A stretch of 64,000 nucleotides of DNA from Octopus vulgaris (lineage: Eukaryota): positions 9,982,001 to 10,046,000 of the forward strand of contig OX597819.1 of the NCBI GenBank assembly GCA_951406725.2, read 5' to 3'. The translations under genes were made by a program, and so were the position numbers. The notes beneath the pieces were generated by a model. The model searched no databases, had not been told where the DNA came from, and worked only from the letters and a program-made list of their open reading frames with translations. Of this stretch, positions 62,531 to 64,000 are shown one piece after another (positions within the stretch are counted from its first letter, which is position 1; each line of letters opens with the position of its first letter).

Positions 62531-63758
62531 ACATATAATATCTTATAACTATAGTCAACAAAATCCAGGAGGGAGGAGAAACAATGACAGATTTATAAAC
62601 ATATTTGACCTTGAGATATTAACTTTTAAGCAGATTTTAGTATTAAGTAATACACACACACAACTATTATATAGGATTAGTTTAGACACCAGACTACAAT
62701 GGTTTGTTTAAGAGAAATCAACTTTATGTTATGGTGAAAAGAAATGCTAAGATATTGGATCTACAAATAGGCACTTTAATAATTACAGGCTAGATTGAAT
62801 TTATTTATAAGTGTAATCACAAAATCTACAGCATAAAGCCAAGACATAAATTTTCCCGCTGAACTGGCTACAAGTTTTCTAGTAACATCTTTTACAATAT
62901 AACATTAAAAGCAAGTAATACTAATCCATTCTTCTTCTTTTTAATTTGGAATATTGAAATATTTCTGCTAAATGCTTTATTTTTACACACCCTAATCAAT
63001 CAACTTTTTAGCAAAAACTTCAGTTAACTTATCTTAATATATAACTACTTATTTTATGATAGGTAAAACTTTTCTAAACATCTATGTTTGAAGCTTGAAG
63101 CACTGCAGAAAACAGACAACAGTCAAAATTATAACATGTTGAGAATAAAATAAAGATTTTGCTGAGCAGCCAGAGTCAATTCTGCCTTGGCAGACCTCCA
63201 AGGACATAATCCATTAAATACTTTACTTTGTTAAGCTAACCTAATGTTTGGGCTTAAAATATGAAAAGCTCCATTTTAAAGATGGTTAGAATTTATCATG
63301 AGAGAGTCAGCTGCAACAATGAGCATGTTTCATGATTATAGATTCTTAAGTAACATCTTAAATAAAAATGGAAATTGTCAATAGTTGACATATCACTGTA
63401 CAAAACAAACTCTGAAATATAGTTTGGGTACAGTCAGAAGAACTCCTTGGTTTCAAGACCACAGCAATGAAGTTAGTTTCTGTAGTGAAGATGATTTCAT
63501 TAAAGCTAGGAGAAAAAAATGTACATCAAATGTGTAATGATGTTATATGTATTTCCTTCAATAGATGAAAAAAATAAACCTTTTCAAAGAAAAATTTTAA
63601 AGCAGTTTGATATTAAAAAACAAAAATGGTTGGTGGAGATGTAACTATTTTTTGTTGATAATACAATTTATACATATGAGAAACAGTTCAGATATCACCA
63701 GTTAGAGAATTACGAACAAGGGGATTAATTCCGTAGACCATAAGACTACCAGCAGCAT

Positions 63759-63772
63759 ACACACACACACAC

Positions 63773-63817
<45 letters not shown>
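63759..63817. repeat. (CA)n followed by (TG)n microsatellite (self-complementary)
   Basis: Directly visible. Confidence 0.9.
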
Positions 63818-63820
<3 letters not shown>

Positions 63821-64000
63821 GTATTTTGAAAGTATTTTGTCTTTTTGAAAAGTAACAAAAAAAAAATTTTTTTTTTTTTTGCAATTAGAAATAAATAGTC
63901 TTGTGAAGTTTCATTTCTCAGTAATTACTTTTCAGAAATACAAATTACATGGTAATGTGGTAGAATCCATGATTTCTTAACTTTAAAGCTGGCTGTCAGT

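Overview
AT-rich, repeat-dominated eukaryotic DNA. The SINE, RTE and microsatellite content points to an octopus (coleoid cephalopod) genome; this is an inference. One intact protein-coding gene is visible: a single-coding-exon KCTD6/KCTD21-like BTB/POZ gene at 19156-19878 (+). It has candidate 5' UTR exons and an NRF1-like promoter motif near 5.4 kb. A possible terminal coding exon of a second gene lies on the minus strand at 57779-57884. The rest is mostly transposon-derived: a young 5'-truncated RTE LINE with an intact RT frame containing a PHD-type finger, many RTE 3' fragments, a decayed near-full-length BovB-like RTE, CR1-like, Gypsy, Penelope-like and RLE-type remnants, mariner and piggyBac relics, piggyBac and Tc1 MITEs, a non-autonomous Helitron family including a head-to-tail cluster, and several SINE families. 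The most unusual observations are (i) hammerhead-ribozyme-like cores in tandem or foldback Penelope-type repeats, including a retrozyme-like unit at about 61.8-62.5 kb, (ii) a whole initiator-tRNA copy with an AAT anticodon fused to a SINE/LINE-type 3' tail, (iii) three adjacent long palindromes at 23.8-25.4 kb, and (iv) insertions flanked by 130-150 bp duplications. All calls were made by eye without database searches.
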